The notes beneath the pieces were generated by a model. That model was given only the letters and a program-made list of their open reading frames with translations. It was not told the DNA's origin and did no database searches. 59,759 nt of DNA from a virus. Lineage: Duplodnaviria; Caudoviricetes. Both the position numbers and the translations under genes were made by a program. Shown piece after piece: positions 37,621-47,119 of this stretch. The DNA lies in IMG/VR virus record IMGVR_UViG_3300010267_000001, positions 1 to 59,759 of that record; one strand, written 5' to 3'. Position 1 is the first letter of the stretch, and every line of letters starts with the position of its first letter.

Positions 37621-40600
37621 TTAAGTATATTGTTCTATAAGCATATTAAGTTTTCTAAACATTTCATTAGGATCGTTTGCTTGAATATTTAAATTTTCAA
37701 AATGATAATGATTTTCAGTTGGTTTAGCAACTGAATTGTTATTAGAAAAGAATGGTATCTTAATTTCAGGTATATTAATTTTAGGCATTATTATATCTGT
37801 TACACTATAAGGCAAATTCTTTACAAAATCGTAAAGTTTTTTACCTTGCTCAGCGTTAAAAACAGTTTCAACTGCATTAGGTTTACCATGCAGTATAGCA
37901 AAACCAGTATAATCATTTACTCCACCAGTATCATACTTCAATACATCCCATTTACCAGTAGCAGAATCAAAAACAGGTTTTTTACCCGTAGATTTTGCGA
38001 TTTCTTCTGCAAGTTTTTTATTCTCTTCTTCAAGTTTTTTCTTTTCTTCATCATTAGCAAAATGCCAATTTTGACTGTTTTTAACCATTTGTTCTAATTT
38101 ACTATCAACACTTGCATTCCCCGTAGATGTATAACCAGTAGCACCTTTTGAACTACTGCTACTGCTACCGCCACCACTACTACCACTAGACTTACTAGTT
38201 CTATCACTACTATATACATTTCCAGTAGGTACTTCTGTTTTTATACTTGACATCAATTTATTATAATCTTTTACGAATTTATCTAATAAGTCTAGCCTTT
38301 GTTCATATGATTCTTCTTCAATTCCAGCGAGACTTTGTACTAATTTACTATAAGAAGTAACCTGAAATTTTTGTTTATCTATCTCTTCCCGATGAGCATT
38401 AGTAAAATCTTGAAGCTTTTTAATTTTTTCGTCATATCGTTTTTCTTCTTCTTTTAATTCGTCTTGAATAGATTTTATTTGATCTTTTAATTTTTGAATT
38501 TCATTTTCACGCCTATTTTCTGCTTCCCAACGTGAATAATCTTCTTCCATTTCTTTAAGTTTATCGGTTTCTTCTTTAAGTTTTTTAGGGTCTGCAACAT
38601 ATACCCATTTACCATCTTGTAATATACGAACATTTCTTTGTTTTTGAATGTTTTCAACTAATTCACGTTGTTTTGCTAATTCCGAAAGTCGTTTTTCACG
38701 TTCTTCTTGTTCTTTTAATTCTTCATTTTTTCTCTCTAATCTTTCTATTTCAGCATTAAGGCTATCAATTTCCATTCTTGCTCTTTCTTGAGCAGATTTT
38801 TTAAGTTCTTCATATTTTTCAATTTGCTTATCAATAGTATAAAGAAGATACTCTTGATAAGACTCAATTAAATCCTCTGCATATTTTTTCTGTTCTTTTC
38901 TTAAATTTTCAATTGAATCTGTTGTAGATGCAATTTCTTTATCTAATCGTATATATTGATTGCCTGCTTGTCTATTAGCGTCATTAAGAGAAAGCGTTTC
39001 TTTAATTAGCTCTTCCGTCTCTTTTCTAAGTTTATTGGTTGCTTCAGCATCTTTGCCTTTTAATTCGTTTAAATGTTCCATATTTCTTATAACTAATTCA
39101 TTAGTATTCCTATCATAAAAGATGTCAAATCCTAAATCTTGAAGCTTACCAATATTCTTCTGAATAGTGTCACGCCTAGCTTCTGCAAGTTGATGCAATA
39201 TCTTTTGTTCTTCTTTATATAAATCAATACGTTTAGATAAAAGATTAATTTTATCTTTATCTTCTGCGATATCAGTTAAAGCTTGATTACGTTCAATTTC
39301 ATCGTTAACTTTAGCAAGCGCATCTTCAAGTTGCTGGAATTGATTGACTTCGGCTTCGTAGATTTCTGTAGATTTAGAAGAACTTGATTTAGAAGAAGAG
39401 ACGCCAAAATTTGGGTCTGAAAGTAATTCTAATAATTTCTTACTTCGTTCTTTTAATTCTCCGATTTTTAATATAGTATCATTTGCTAATTTTTGTTCAT
39501 TAAACGATTGTTTAATTTTATCATATTCTTCTTTTGACCATTCGGTTATTTTGTCTCCAACAGTTATTTTGTTAGTCAAGTCGTCAAATTTTATATCTTC
39601 AAATGCAGTTTCGCCAAAGACTCGCTTAAACCCAAGTTTTGATGCTTCTTGTTGTGCGGATTTTAAATCTTCAATTGCAGCAATTTCTATGCCATAAGCA
39701 TTTACTCTAGCAGAAACATTATCTAAAGTTGCTTTTGTTGAATTAATTTGATTTTCTATAGTAGTACGTGCTTCTTCAATCTTTGCTTTTCGTAAAATTT
39801 CTATAGCATCTTTTTCTATCGTCCAACCATCTGCTGTTTTGTGAATTGCATCTGTTAGTTCTGGATATTTTTGAATTAAATCTAAAACTGTTTCTGCATT
39901 TAAAGATTGCCCATTTTGAACATCATCAAGAACCTGATTGAGTGTTTTTAAATCAGACTGGACAGAATTAATAACATTATTTAATTGTTTAAGGTTATAT
40001 TCATATTCTTGAAGCGACTCTGAAGTTTTATCTACAGTATGTTGTAATAATTTTTCATATCCTTCATATTTTGAAATAATATCTGTTGCATTATCATATT
40101 CTTCATAAAGTTCTTCAAGAATTTTTTTTCTTACATTATAGACTATATTAGATTTATCAACGGCATCTCGAACCGATGATTCTATTGATTTTATGGCCGC
40201 TTCAATATTTTCAAATTGCATACCGCCTAGGCCACCAAAAGATATATTATAAGGACTTTCTAATATCTTTTTTGCTTCTCTGTAGGCTCTCTCATTTAAT
40301 GTTATAAACCTTTCTGCTTCTTCTTTTGTTAATTGTCGCATTAAATCAATGTTAGTTTCTAAAGAACCATTTTGCAAATCTATAGCCTGAGCTGTTTCAC
40401 CAAATCTGGTCTTTAATTGCCTTTCTATTTCAATAAGTTTTGCTTTTTCGTCTCTTGTTAATTCAGTTTTATTAGCTAATCCTTCATATTCTTTTTGCCA
40501 CTGTTTTAATTGCTCTATATTGCTTTGTGCTTTATTATATGATTCATCTACTGAATTTTTATATTCTTCTAATGAAACATTTAAAGCATTAAAGGCTTTT

Positions 40601-43056
40601 ACCAGACCATAAATAGCACCAGCGATAACCAGAGGGGCAAATGTAGTGAAAGCAAGACTTAATGTTTTTACACTTAAAGCAGCACCGTTGGCAGCAATAG
40701 CAATTCCATTTTCAGCAGTAACTATTAACCCTAATTTTTGTAATACAATTGGTGCAATATTCGTAGCAAAAGTTTGAAAAGATTTATTAAATAAAAACAA
40801 AGCTCCAAATGCAGTTGATAAAGCTACTGGCAACAAACCTATTTTATCTACTAAATTTAATATAACTGTGCCTAAATTAATTATTGTTTTTATAGTATCA
40901 GAAGAAAGAGTATGTTGCCACATTTCTTCCCATGTTGCAGTAAATTTATCAAGTGCAGCACGTGTACTTTCTTGATATATAGCAAACTTTTGTTCTGCTG
41001 TACCTGCTGAATTTAAGGCAATTTCATAATTTTTTAACGAATCATTATAATTGTCGAGCAGGGTTATAAGCCTGTTACGCTGGTATGTTCCTGCTAATGT
41101 AGTAGCGACATATGCTTGCTCATTCTTCGTCAAGCTATTCCATTTAGCACCAAGCTCATCTAATACTTCTGCTATTGGTCTTAATTGACCTTGTGCATCA
41201 ACAGCAGTAATTCCTACTGCTTGTAACGCTTTAGTTACGTCATTTATTTGAGTAGCATCTTCTTCATTAAATCCCTTAGCTTTTATTTGTTCGTATCTAC
41301 TAATTATAGTTTTTAAGCTATTACCTATAGACGAAGCAGATTCTCTAGTTATACTTGAAATGGTTGCGATCCACGATGCTGCTTTTTCCAAACTTACGCC
41401 ACTGTTCTCTGCCGTACTTGCAACTTTTTGTAAAGCTTCACCAATCTCTTCTGCTCCACTAGCTGTAGCATCTCCCAAATATGCAAAAATATCTACAATT
41501 TTTCGTACACTTTCACCCGTTGCATTAGCTGTAGCAGTTATTATTTTATTACTTTCTTGAAGAGAAATACCTGATATTTTAGCATATTGAATAATTGCTT
41601 TCATTCGTTCTTCTACTTGACTATCATTCAAACCTTGCCTAAATAAATCTGCTGCTGTAGATGCTATTTCTCTTGTTGTTACACTCATTTCTTTGGCAAG
41701 TTTATTATACGATAAGGCAAGATTATTTACTTCTTGCTGTGTTTTATTTGTTACTATACGAATTTCATTGAGGGAATTGTCAAGTTCAGTTATATATGAT
41801 ATGCCTTCTTTTATTTGTCTTAATGTACCAAAAAACAATGTTCCACCAGTAGCCCATTGAGCCATACGTTTCCATGCGGTTTGTATAGCCTTACTCCATG
41901 TCAAAGTGTCAATCATTGCATTACGAGAAGCGTGAGAATATTTATAAATACTTCCTGTTGCTTTATCTATATAAGCTGTTAAATCTACAAATTCATTTCC
42001 TTTTTGTAATTTCTGTGTTAATTTCAAATATTCTTCCGTTTCTTGAACATAATTTAAGCCAGTAATTCTATATCCTTGTAGTAATGGAGTAGATAGTGCG
42101 TCTTTATAATTTTTTAAAGTAACTACAGTAGCATTTAGGTTTTCTCTCAATTTAATTACTTGCCCAGTGATATTTTCAAATTGTTTAAAATTGAAACCCT
42201 TTTCAGCAGTTATTTCAATATCACGATATGCTTTATAAAGAGACCACAAAGTATTTATTTGTTTATCAATATTCCTTTTTTGTTCTTCAGTCAAATTTGA
42301 TTGAGATTTTCTTAACTTTTCTATTGTGGACAATATAAAATTATATTCTCTATTTAAAATACTAAGATTAGTTGGTTCTTTTACGCCTCTTGAAGATGTG
42401 AATGTGTCACGTATATTTTTTAGTCTAGTCTCAAATTTCTGTAATATATTTAAATTTCTTTGTAAGACATCTCCAGCGTTCTTATCAATCAGATTAGCAC
42501 CAGAAAATACAAAACCTTCTTTTGTGCTGTCTCCAACTTTGATTTTAGCCATGTTAAATCTAAGTTGTTCAATAGTACCATCTAATTTTTTTATTTCTGC
42601 TTCAAATCCAACAATTTGGTTTTTGGCATTTTTTAGAAAATTAACATTTACATCGCCCAAGTCTTTAAATTGATTTTTAACCCTGTTTACTATATCTGTT
42701 GTTGAAATGAAAAATTGTCTACCTTCAGCTTCAAGTTGTTCTATATCAAATACTTTTATTTTATTCTCTGATTTTGATTTTTCTGATATTTTTGTTGCTG
42801 TTTCGGTTACTATCTTTTCTGCGTCTTTTACGCTCTGTTTATCAACATCAAACTGCAAGTTAAGTTTTATGTTTTTTGCTAATTTATCAACATCGCTTTT
42901 AAATTTAGCAATAACGTTTTCATCAAAATCAATTCTTGGTCTGAGATTTATTTTTATTTTTTTTGCAACGGAATCTAATTGCGTTTGTAAATCTTCTTGT
43001 TCAACATTTAATATGGCATTTATAAGTATCCCCAGTTTATCATCCATTTTGAACAT
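37621..43056 (-). CDS. tail tape measure protein (TP901-like core)
   Basis: 1811 aa helical; ELDNSLNEIRIVT...FRQGL...SIGNSLKTIISR...QRNRLITLL; YDTGG near C-terminus; start probably 43047. Confidence 0.93.
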   Translation of the reverse strand: MFKMDDKLGILINAILNVEQEDLQTQLDSVAKKIKINLRPRIDFDENVIAKFKSDVDKLAKNIKLNLQFDVDKQSVKDAEKIVTETATKISEKSKSENKIKVFDIEQLEAEGRQFFISTTDIVNRVKNQFKDLGDVNVNFLKNAKNQIVGFEAEIKKLDGTIEQLRFNMAKIKVGDSTKEGFVFSGANLIDKNAGDVLQRNLNILQKFETRLKNIRDTFTSSRGVKEPTNLSILNREYNFILSTIEKLRKSQSNLTEEQKRNIDKQINTLWSLYKAYRDIEITAEKGFNFKQFENITGQVIKLRENLNATVVTLKNYKDALSTPLLQGYRITGLNYVQETEEYLKLTQKLQKGNEFVDLTAYIDKATGSIYKYSHASRNAMIDTLTWSKAIQTAWKRMAQWATGGTLFFGTLRQIKEGISYITELDNSLNEIRIVTNKTQQEVNNLALSYNKLAKEMSVTTREIASTAADLFRQGLNDSQVEERMKAIIQYAKISGISLQESNKIITATANATGESVRKIVDIFAYLGDATASGAEEIGEALQKVASTAENSGVSLEKAASWIATISSITRESASSIGNSLKTIISRYEQIKAKGFNEEDATQINDVTKALQAVGITAVDAQGQLRPIAEVLDELGAKWNSLTKNEQAYVATTLAGTYQRNRLITLLDNYNDSLKNYEIALNSAGTAEQKFAIYQESTRAALDKFTATWEEMWQHTLSSDTIKTIINLGTVILNLVDKIGLLPVALSTAFGALFLFNKSFQTFATNIAPIVLQKLGLIVTAENGIAIAANGAALSVKTLSLAFTTFAPLVIAGAIYGLVKAFNALNVSLEEYKNSVDESYNKAQSNIEQLKQWQKEYEGLANKTELTRDEKAKLIEIERQLKTRFGETAQAIDLQNGSLETNIDLMRQLTKEEAERFITLNERAYREAKKILESPYNISFGGLGGMQFENIEAAIKSIESSVRDAVDKSNIVYNVRKKILEELYEEYDNATDIISKYEGYEKLLQHTVDKTSESLQEYEYNLKQLNNVINSVQSDLKTLNQVLDDVQNGQSLNAETVLDLIQKYPELTDAIHKTADGWTIEKDAIEILRKAKIEEARTTIENQINSTKATLDNVSARVNAYGIEIAAIEDLKSAQQEASKLGFKRVFGETAFEDIKFDDLTNKITVGDKITEWSKEEYDKIKQSFNEQKLANDTILKIGELKERSKKLLELLSDPNFGVSSSKSSSSKSTEIYEAEVNQFQQLEDALAKVNDEIERNQALTDIAEDKDKINLLSKRIDLYKEEQKILHQLAEARRDTIQKNIGKLQDLGFDIFYDRNTNELVIRNMEHLNELKGKDAEATNKLRKETEELIKETLSLNDANRQAGNQYIRLDKEIASTTDSIENLRKEQKKYAEDLIESYQEYLLYTIDKQIEKYEELKKSAQERARMEIDSLNAEIERLERKNEELKEQEEREKRLSELAKQRELVENIQKQRNVRILQDGKWVYVADPKKLKEETDKLKEMEEDYSRWEAENRRENEIQKLKDQIKSIQDELKEEEKRYDEKIKKLQDFTNAHREEIDKQKFQVTSYSKLVQSLAGIEEESYEQRLDLLDKFVKDYNKLMSSIKTEVPTGNVYSSDRTSKSSGSSGGGSSSSSSKGATGYTSTGNASVDSKLEQMVKNSQNWHFANDEEKKKLEEENKKLAEEIAKSTGKKPVFDSATGKWDVLKYDTGGVNDYTGFAILHGKPNAVETVFNAEQGKKLYDFVKNLPYSVTDIIMPKINIPEIKIPFFSNNNSVAKPTENHYHFENLNIQANDPNEMFRKLNMLIEQYT

Positions 43057-43081
43057 CTCCCTTCATTCCGTATTTGTAAGG

Positions 43082-43103
43082 GGAGGGGAGAAAAACTCCC
43101 CTC
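43082..43103 (-). terminator. GC-rich hairpin upstream of tape measure
   Basis: GAGGGGAG-AAAAA-CTCCCCTC. Confidence 0.55.
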
Positions 43104-43133
43104 ACTCGAAGATATAAAAATACAAGCATAAAA

Positions 43134-43156
43134 AAAGGGAGTAAATACTCCCTTTA
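43134..43156. terminator. terminator after lipoprotein moron
   Basis: AAAAGGGAGT-AAAT-ACTCCCTTT with U-run on the minus strand. Confidence 0.7.
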
Positions 43157-43182
43157 TAACGATATATATATTAATTATTCAA

Positions 43183-43671
43183 TTATTCAACCGATATATC
43201 ATAATCAACTTCCATTAACTCAATTAAATCTTGTAATGTTCGATAAAGCATTTTTCCTTTAGAATTACGTATATCAATTAATTTATCCGTATCTATATCT
43301 GTATCATATAAACAACTATTAATATAATTTGTTAATATACGATAAAATGAAACCATTACAGCTAAAATTTCTTGTTCTTTTTCATTTAATCCATAACCAT
43401 CTATTATTTTTTCATCTTCTTCTTCAAGTCCATAAAGTATATTAAAAAAATTATCTGATGTATTCTTTATTATCAATTCTTTTATCTCATTAGTATATTT
43501 ACGATTTTTATTTTTTAATGCTTTTTCAGTTAATTTTAAGCATTCTATCATGTCATTATAAAACTTCTCATTGTCAATTCCTTCAGGCACTTTTTTACCG
43601 CATGATGTCAAAAGAGTTACACAAAATACCAATATTAAAAAAATAGATACAGTCTGTTTCAAATGTTTCAC
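43183..43671 (-). CDS. lipoprotein moron (possible superinfection exclusion)
   Basis: Signal peptide with lipobox LLTSC-G; own terminator; start probably TTG 43662. Confidence 0.75.
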   Translation of the reverse strand: MKHLKQTVSIFLILVFCVTLLTSCGKKVPEGIDNEKFYNDMIECLKLTEKALKNKNRKYTNEIKELIIKNTSDNFFNILYGLEEEDEKIIDGYGLNEKEQEILAVMVSFYRILTNYINSCLYDTDIDTDKLIDIRNSKGKMLYRTLQDLIELMEVDYDISVE

Positions 43672-43703
43672 CTCTTTTTGGCTATAATTATCCTTTTTTT
43701 ATA

Positions 43704-43850
43704 TTATACCAAAAAAACAAAAAATCTATATACTATAATTAAAAAGAATTCAGATATTATACCTAGAAAAATATAATTACTATCACCAAAATATGTATTA
43801 ATCATAAAACATAAAACAAATATTAATAATATAGCAACATTTTTTCTCAT
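43704..43850 (-). CDS. 48-aa two-helix membrane peptide (not in ORF track)
   Basis: AAGAGGT RBS; MRKNVAILLIFVLCFMINTYFGDSNYIFLGIISEFFLIIVYRFFVFLV*. Confidence 0.55.
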   Translation of the reverse strand: MRKNVAILLIFVLCFMINTYFGDSNYIFLGIISEFFLIIVYRFFVFLV

Positions 43851-43895
43851 ACAAAAACCTCTTCTTTAGTTATAATACTTTATTGTTATATAACT

Positions 43896-44033
43896 TTATG
43901 AAAAAATTTTATCAAAAAAATATAAAATTATAAAAATAACAACACAGATACATATCCAAAGAAAATAGCCTTTCCAATCATATTTCTTTTTACGATATCC
44001 TTTAATATAATCATTAGCATATTTATATAGCAT
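43896..44033 (-). CDS. 45-aa single-helix membrane peptide
   Basis: AGAGGTG RBS before ATG 44033; MLYKYANDYIKGYRKKKYDWKGYFLWICICVVIFIILYFFDKIFS. Confidence 0.7.
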   Translation of the reverse strand: MLYKYANDYIKGYRKKKYDWKGYFLWICICVVIFIILYFFDKIFS

Positions 44034-44061
44034 TTGACACCTCTGAAATATTGATATATTA

Positions 44062-44090
44062 ATTATATACCAAAATTTCACAATTGTCAA
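44062..44090 (-). promoter_or_regulatory. consensus sigma-A promoter for the moron cluster
   Basis: TTGACA-17-TATAAT on the minus strand. Confidence 0.85.
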
Positions 44091-44227
44091 ACAATATAGA
44101 GTAGGGGGGGGGCAACCTCCCCTTAATGATAAAATAAGAATTTGATTTAGATAAGTTTGGCAGGCGAATAGCCTGCCATATATTGTTGGCTCACAGTATT
44201 GCGCCAAAATAGGCTCGTGAGAACTGT

Positions 44228-45247
44228 TTAATCTATAAATGCTTCATCAGCATCGTCTGTATCTTCACGTATGACATATATCTTAGTAGTTTCAGATGAT
44301 TCGTGTCCCAACAATTTCCTTGCAGTCTCTAAATCTTTACCTGAATGTACTACAAGATTAGTTGCACGAGATTCCCTAAAGAGGTGCGGATGCACCCTTC
44401 GTCCGACGATTTCTGTAAACAAGGTACTGCACCATTGATTGAATGTAGTAGGGGAGACTTGATTAATTTTACCGGCATATTTCGCAATAAACATATACGG
44501 ACAATCATCTTCTCCACGAACTTCTAGCCATTTCTTTAATGCTTCCATTGCTTCTTCATTAAATTCTAATTTCCTAATTTTACCAATTTTCCCCTTGCCT
44601 TTACATCTAATCTCGTGAGTTTTATATTTTTTAACTTCAACTTCCACTTCTCTACCATCAGAATCTTTCATCTTAACTGTTTTAATAATAGGTTCATAAT
44701 TCACGACCTCTTTGAGTAATAACCTTGCTTCTTCACGTCTACAACCTGTTACATACGAAAATTTAAGATAAGCTAATTTCTGCCATTCACCACGTCTTTC
44801 TAATTCATCGCATAAATATCTATATTCATCAGGTGTAAGCGGTTCTTTTTTATGTACAAAACCAGTTGTGGGTACTTTAATAGATTTATTTATATAATTC
44901 CTAAAGGTAGGATATTCATCTTCATAATAAACCATTATATAATTATTCAAACTACTCACAGCAGACCTTTTTAATTTTATAGCTGCTTCTGACAAACCAT
45001 TGTTCACTAACCAGTTTTGAAACCTTAAATAATCTCTGCTTTTTATATCAATTAATTTTTTATCATTACAATTTTGTTTTATCCAATAAGCATACATTCT
45101 CAAAGCAGATTTATATTGTATATAGCTTTTTGGACTTAAATGTGCTGAACTCTCTAAAAATTCATTTATTATATTACGATTAAATTCATTGCATTGTAAC
45201 CACATTTCTTCTGTTACTTCTATAGATTTATCAGCAATTTTACCCAT
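44228..45247 (-). CDS. second tyrosine recombinase (XerC/D-like, no arm-binding domain) in the tail operon
   Basis: VTGCRREE, KGKG, HPHLFRESRAT, LLGHESSETTKIY: R, H-x-x-R, H and Y intact. Confidence 0.92.
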   Translation of the reverse strand: MGKIADKSIEVTEEMWLQCNEFNRNIINEFLESSAHLSPKSYIQYKSALRMYAYWIKQNCNDKKLIDIKSRDYLRFQNWLVNNGLSEAAIKLKRSAVSSLNNYIMVYYEDEYPTFRNYINKSIKVPTTGFVHKKEPLTPDEYRYLCDELERRGEWQKLAYLKFSYVTGCRREEARLLLKEVVNYEPIIKTVKMKDSDGREVEVEVKKYKTHEIRCKGKGKIGKIRKLEFNEEAMEALKKWLEVRGEDDCPYMFIAKYAGKINQVSPTTFNQWCSTLFTEIVGRRVHPHLFRESRATNLVVHSGKDLETARKLLGHESSETTKIYVIREDTDDADEAFID

Positions 45248-45309
45248 TGTTTCTCACCACCTTTATAAGAAAATATCTATGTCAACAGAAGTTATTTTCA
45301 AAATCAAAT

Positions 45310-45338
45310 AGGGTAGAGGACATTAACTCTACCCATTT
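45310..45338 (-). terminator. hairpin upstream of recombinase
   Basis: GGGTAGAG-GACATTAA-CTCTACCC. Confidence 0.55.
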
Positions 45339-45358
45339 ATATCAAATCACTATTTTAT

Positions 45359-45823
45359 TTAAATCACAGCACCTTTACCAAACCTTTTTTCTAATGCTTT
45401 TTTCATAAATTCCTTCAGTTTTCCTTTTTTTAAATCTTTTCTTGTTTCTTTAATAAATGGTCTAGGATATGGTTGCTTTTGATAAATCTTACTATCCTCC
45501 CATGTATAGCCGACACCGTGTTCAACTATTGGTGTTATATATCTGTCTGGGTCTGAAGGCGTAGCATATCCATTATCTCTTGTTATATTACTTATTTTTA
45601 TACCGTTTTCTATTTCTTCAACTAAATAATTTTCATCATCTAATAAACCGCCATCTTCCTTACGTCTGACATATTGTGTAGGCTTATATGCATCATAAAC
45701 GTCTATTTTCACATGCTCTTTCTCTAATTCTATTGTTTTTTCTGCAACATCTGTTTTTAAACTATCCATAATTTGTTTTTGCAAATATTTTTCCAATTCT
45801 TTTACACTTTTAAAAGTTGGCAT
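45359..45823 (-). CDS. putative tail completion protein (HK97 gp10-like)
   Basis: DVYDAYKPTQYVRR, IVEHG, PRPFIKET. Confidence 0.65.
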   Translation of the reverse strand: MPTFKSVKELEKYLQKQIMDSLKTDVAEKTIELEKEHVKIDVYDAYKPTQYVRRKEDGGLLDDENYLVEEIENGIKISNITRDNGYATPSDPDRYITPIVEHGVGYTWEDSKIYQKQPYPRPFIKETRKDLKKGKLKEFMKKALEKRFGKGAVI

Positions 45824-45912
45824 AAAATCATCTCCAAAAAATAAGGTAGGGGAGAATCGACATACTAATACAATCGCATTTGTTTTTTGTAACCCCTTTT
45901 GTTTGCTATTTA

Positions 45913-46461
45913 TTACATGACAGAAGGTTGCCTGTTTAGCGTTTCAACTAACTGCTTAATCATGGGCATCTTATCTAAATTGAGTTTTTGTGCTTCTTTT
46001 AAGATAGATTTTATAGCTTTTGGATTTGTGTTCTTTTCAACTACGTTTATAAAGTTAGTTAAATTTCTATTTATTACACCAGCCAAAGAATTATAAGTAT
46101 CAATTTCATTTCTTATCATATAATACGAATGTTCAGAAATAAAATCACGTTCCTCTTGATTCATGTTTTCTTTTATAAAATCAATAATCTTATATTCACA
46201 CGCTTCATCATAATGTTCATCAATATCAACATTACTATAAAAAGACGTGACCATTAAATCAAATGCAATTGCATAACTGATACTATCTTTTATTTTCATA
46301 CCATTTTGTTCAACAATACTGTTTTTTGCAATTTCTTCACACATTAATCTTTTAGTTGAAATAGGTAAGTAATCTTTTATTTGAATCCCATCAAAAGCAT
46401 TGTCATTACCGTTTTTTATTTTTTCAATAATATCAATTACATTAATTCTATTTTCACTCAT
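45913..46461 (-). CDS. conserved virion-operon protein (possible tail assembly chaperone)
   Basis: IKDYLPISTK motif; position in tail module. Confidence 0.5.
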   Translation of the reverse strand: MSENRINVIDIIEKIKNGNDNAFDGIQIKDYLPISTKRLMCEEIAKNSIVEQNGMKIKDSISYAIAFDLMVTSFYSNVDIDEHYDEACEYKIIDFIKENMNQEERDFISEHSYYMIRNEIDTYNSLAGVINRNLTNFINVVEKNTNPKAIKSILKEAQKLNLDKMPMIKQLVETLNRQPSVM

Positions 46462-46511
46462 AATAAAATCTCCTTTTTACTTTAATATTTTGTTTTACAT
46501 GAAACATGATA

Positions 46512-46955
46512 TTAATAATGAATATAAATTTCAGTTCTTGGGCTATCCTTGTCATATCCACACTTTAAAGTCAAACTTTCTAAATGCTCAGAGTCATCGT
46601 CAACAAGCAATCCGCTGGCAACGAAACCATCTAAAAAAAACTTAGGCACAGTATTATCTACATCTTTGCGGATTTTGGTTTTGAAGTATGACACAAACGT
46701 CATAGAACATTTCTCAATACGTTTGTTTGTTAATCCATTTTCTTCTACAAACCAGACGATGAACTCTTTATATTTTTGTTTTAAAGTATTCATTTGGGGA
46801 CGTTTCATTATCATCCATTTATTTATTGATGGGTGAGTGGGAGACTCAATAGGCTTTTTCTTACGCTTTGGATATTGTTTAAAATAATATTTATGATATT
46901 TATCTACTATGTCATTATCTATGACAAGTTTTAATACATTAGATATGAAAATCAC
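46512..46955 (-). CDS. RusA-like Holliday junction resolvase
   Basis: HPSINKW, RKDVDNTVPKFFLDG...LVDDD, PRTEI. Confidence 0.8.
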   Translation of the reverse strand: MIFISNVLKLVIDNDIVDKYHKYYFKQYPKRKKKPIESPTHPSINKWMIMKRPQMNTLKQKYKEFIVWFVEENGLTNKRIEKCSMTFVSYFKTKIRKDVDNTVPKFFLDGFVASGLLVDDDSEHLESLTLKCGYDKDSPRTEIYIHY

Positions 46956-47077
46956 CTCATTTTTCGATTTTACCTAAATTTGAAATCCTTGATTTTACTG
47001 CGTTTGCAGACTTGAAAAAACCAATGAAATGCTAATTTGATGCCCGACTTCCTGAATAAAAATAAAAACACAAACAA

Positions 47078-47119
47078 AAGAGCAATGGAGAAGTTATTAG
47101 CTTCAAATCATTGCTCTTT
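47078..47119 (-). terminator. terminator closing the inserted beta-helix module
   Basis: AAGAGCAATG...CATTGCTCTT inverted repeat with U-rich tail on the minus strand. Confidence 0.6.

Larger units (their letters stand above)
904..47041. repeat. dispersed 18-bp dyad ATNAAA-N6-TTTNAT at gene boundaries
   Basis: Copies at 904, 1284, 1827, 4657, 6221, 7368, 10419, 12217, 15813, 16467, 16704, 17552, 26785, 44129, 45341, 47024; near-matches at 8425, 11211, 15331. Confidence 0.8.

Noticed and set aside
44104-44112. G9 tract as a phase-variation switch
   Set aside because: It is one arm of an intergenic G/C hairpin, outside any real CDS or promoter spacer
43896-44207. 103-aa version of this ORF from the track
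   Set aside because: The 5' extension runs through hairpins and a consensus promoter; the SD supports ATG 44033
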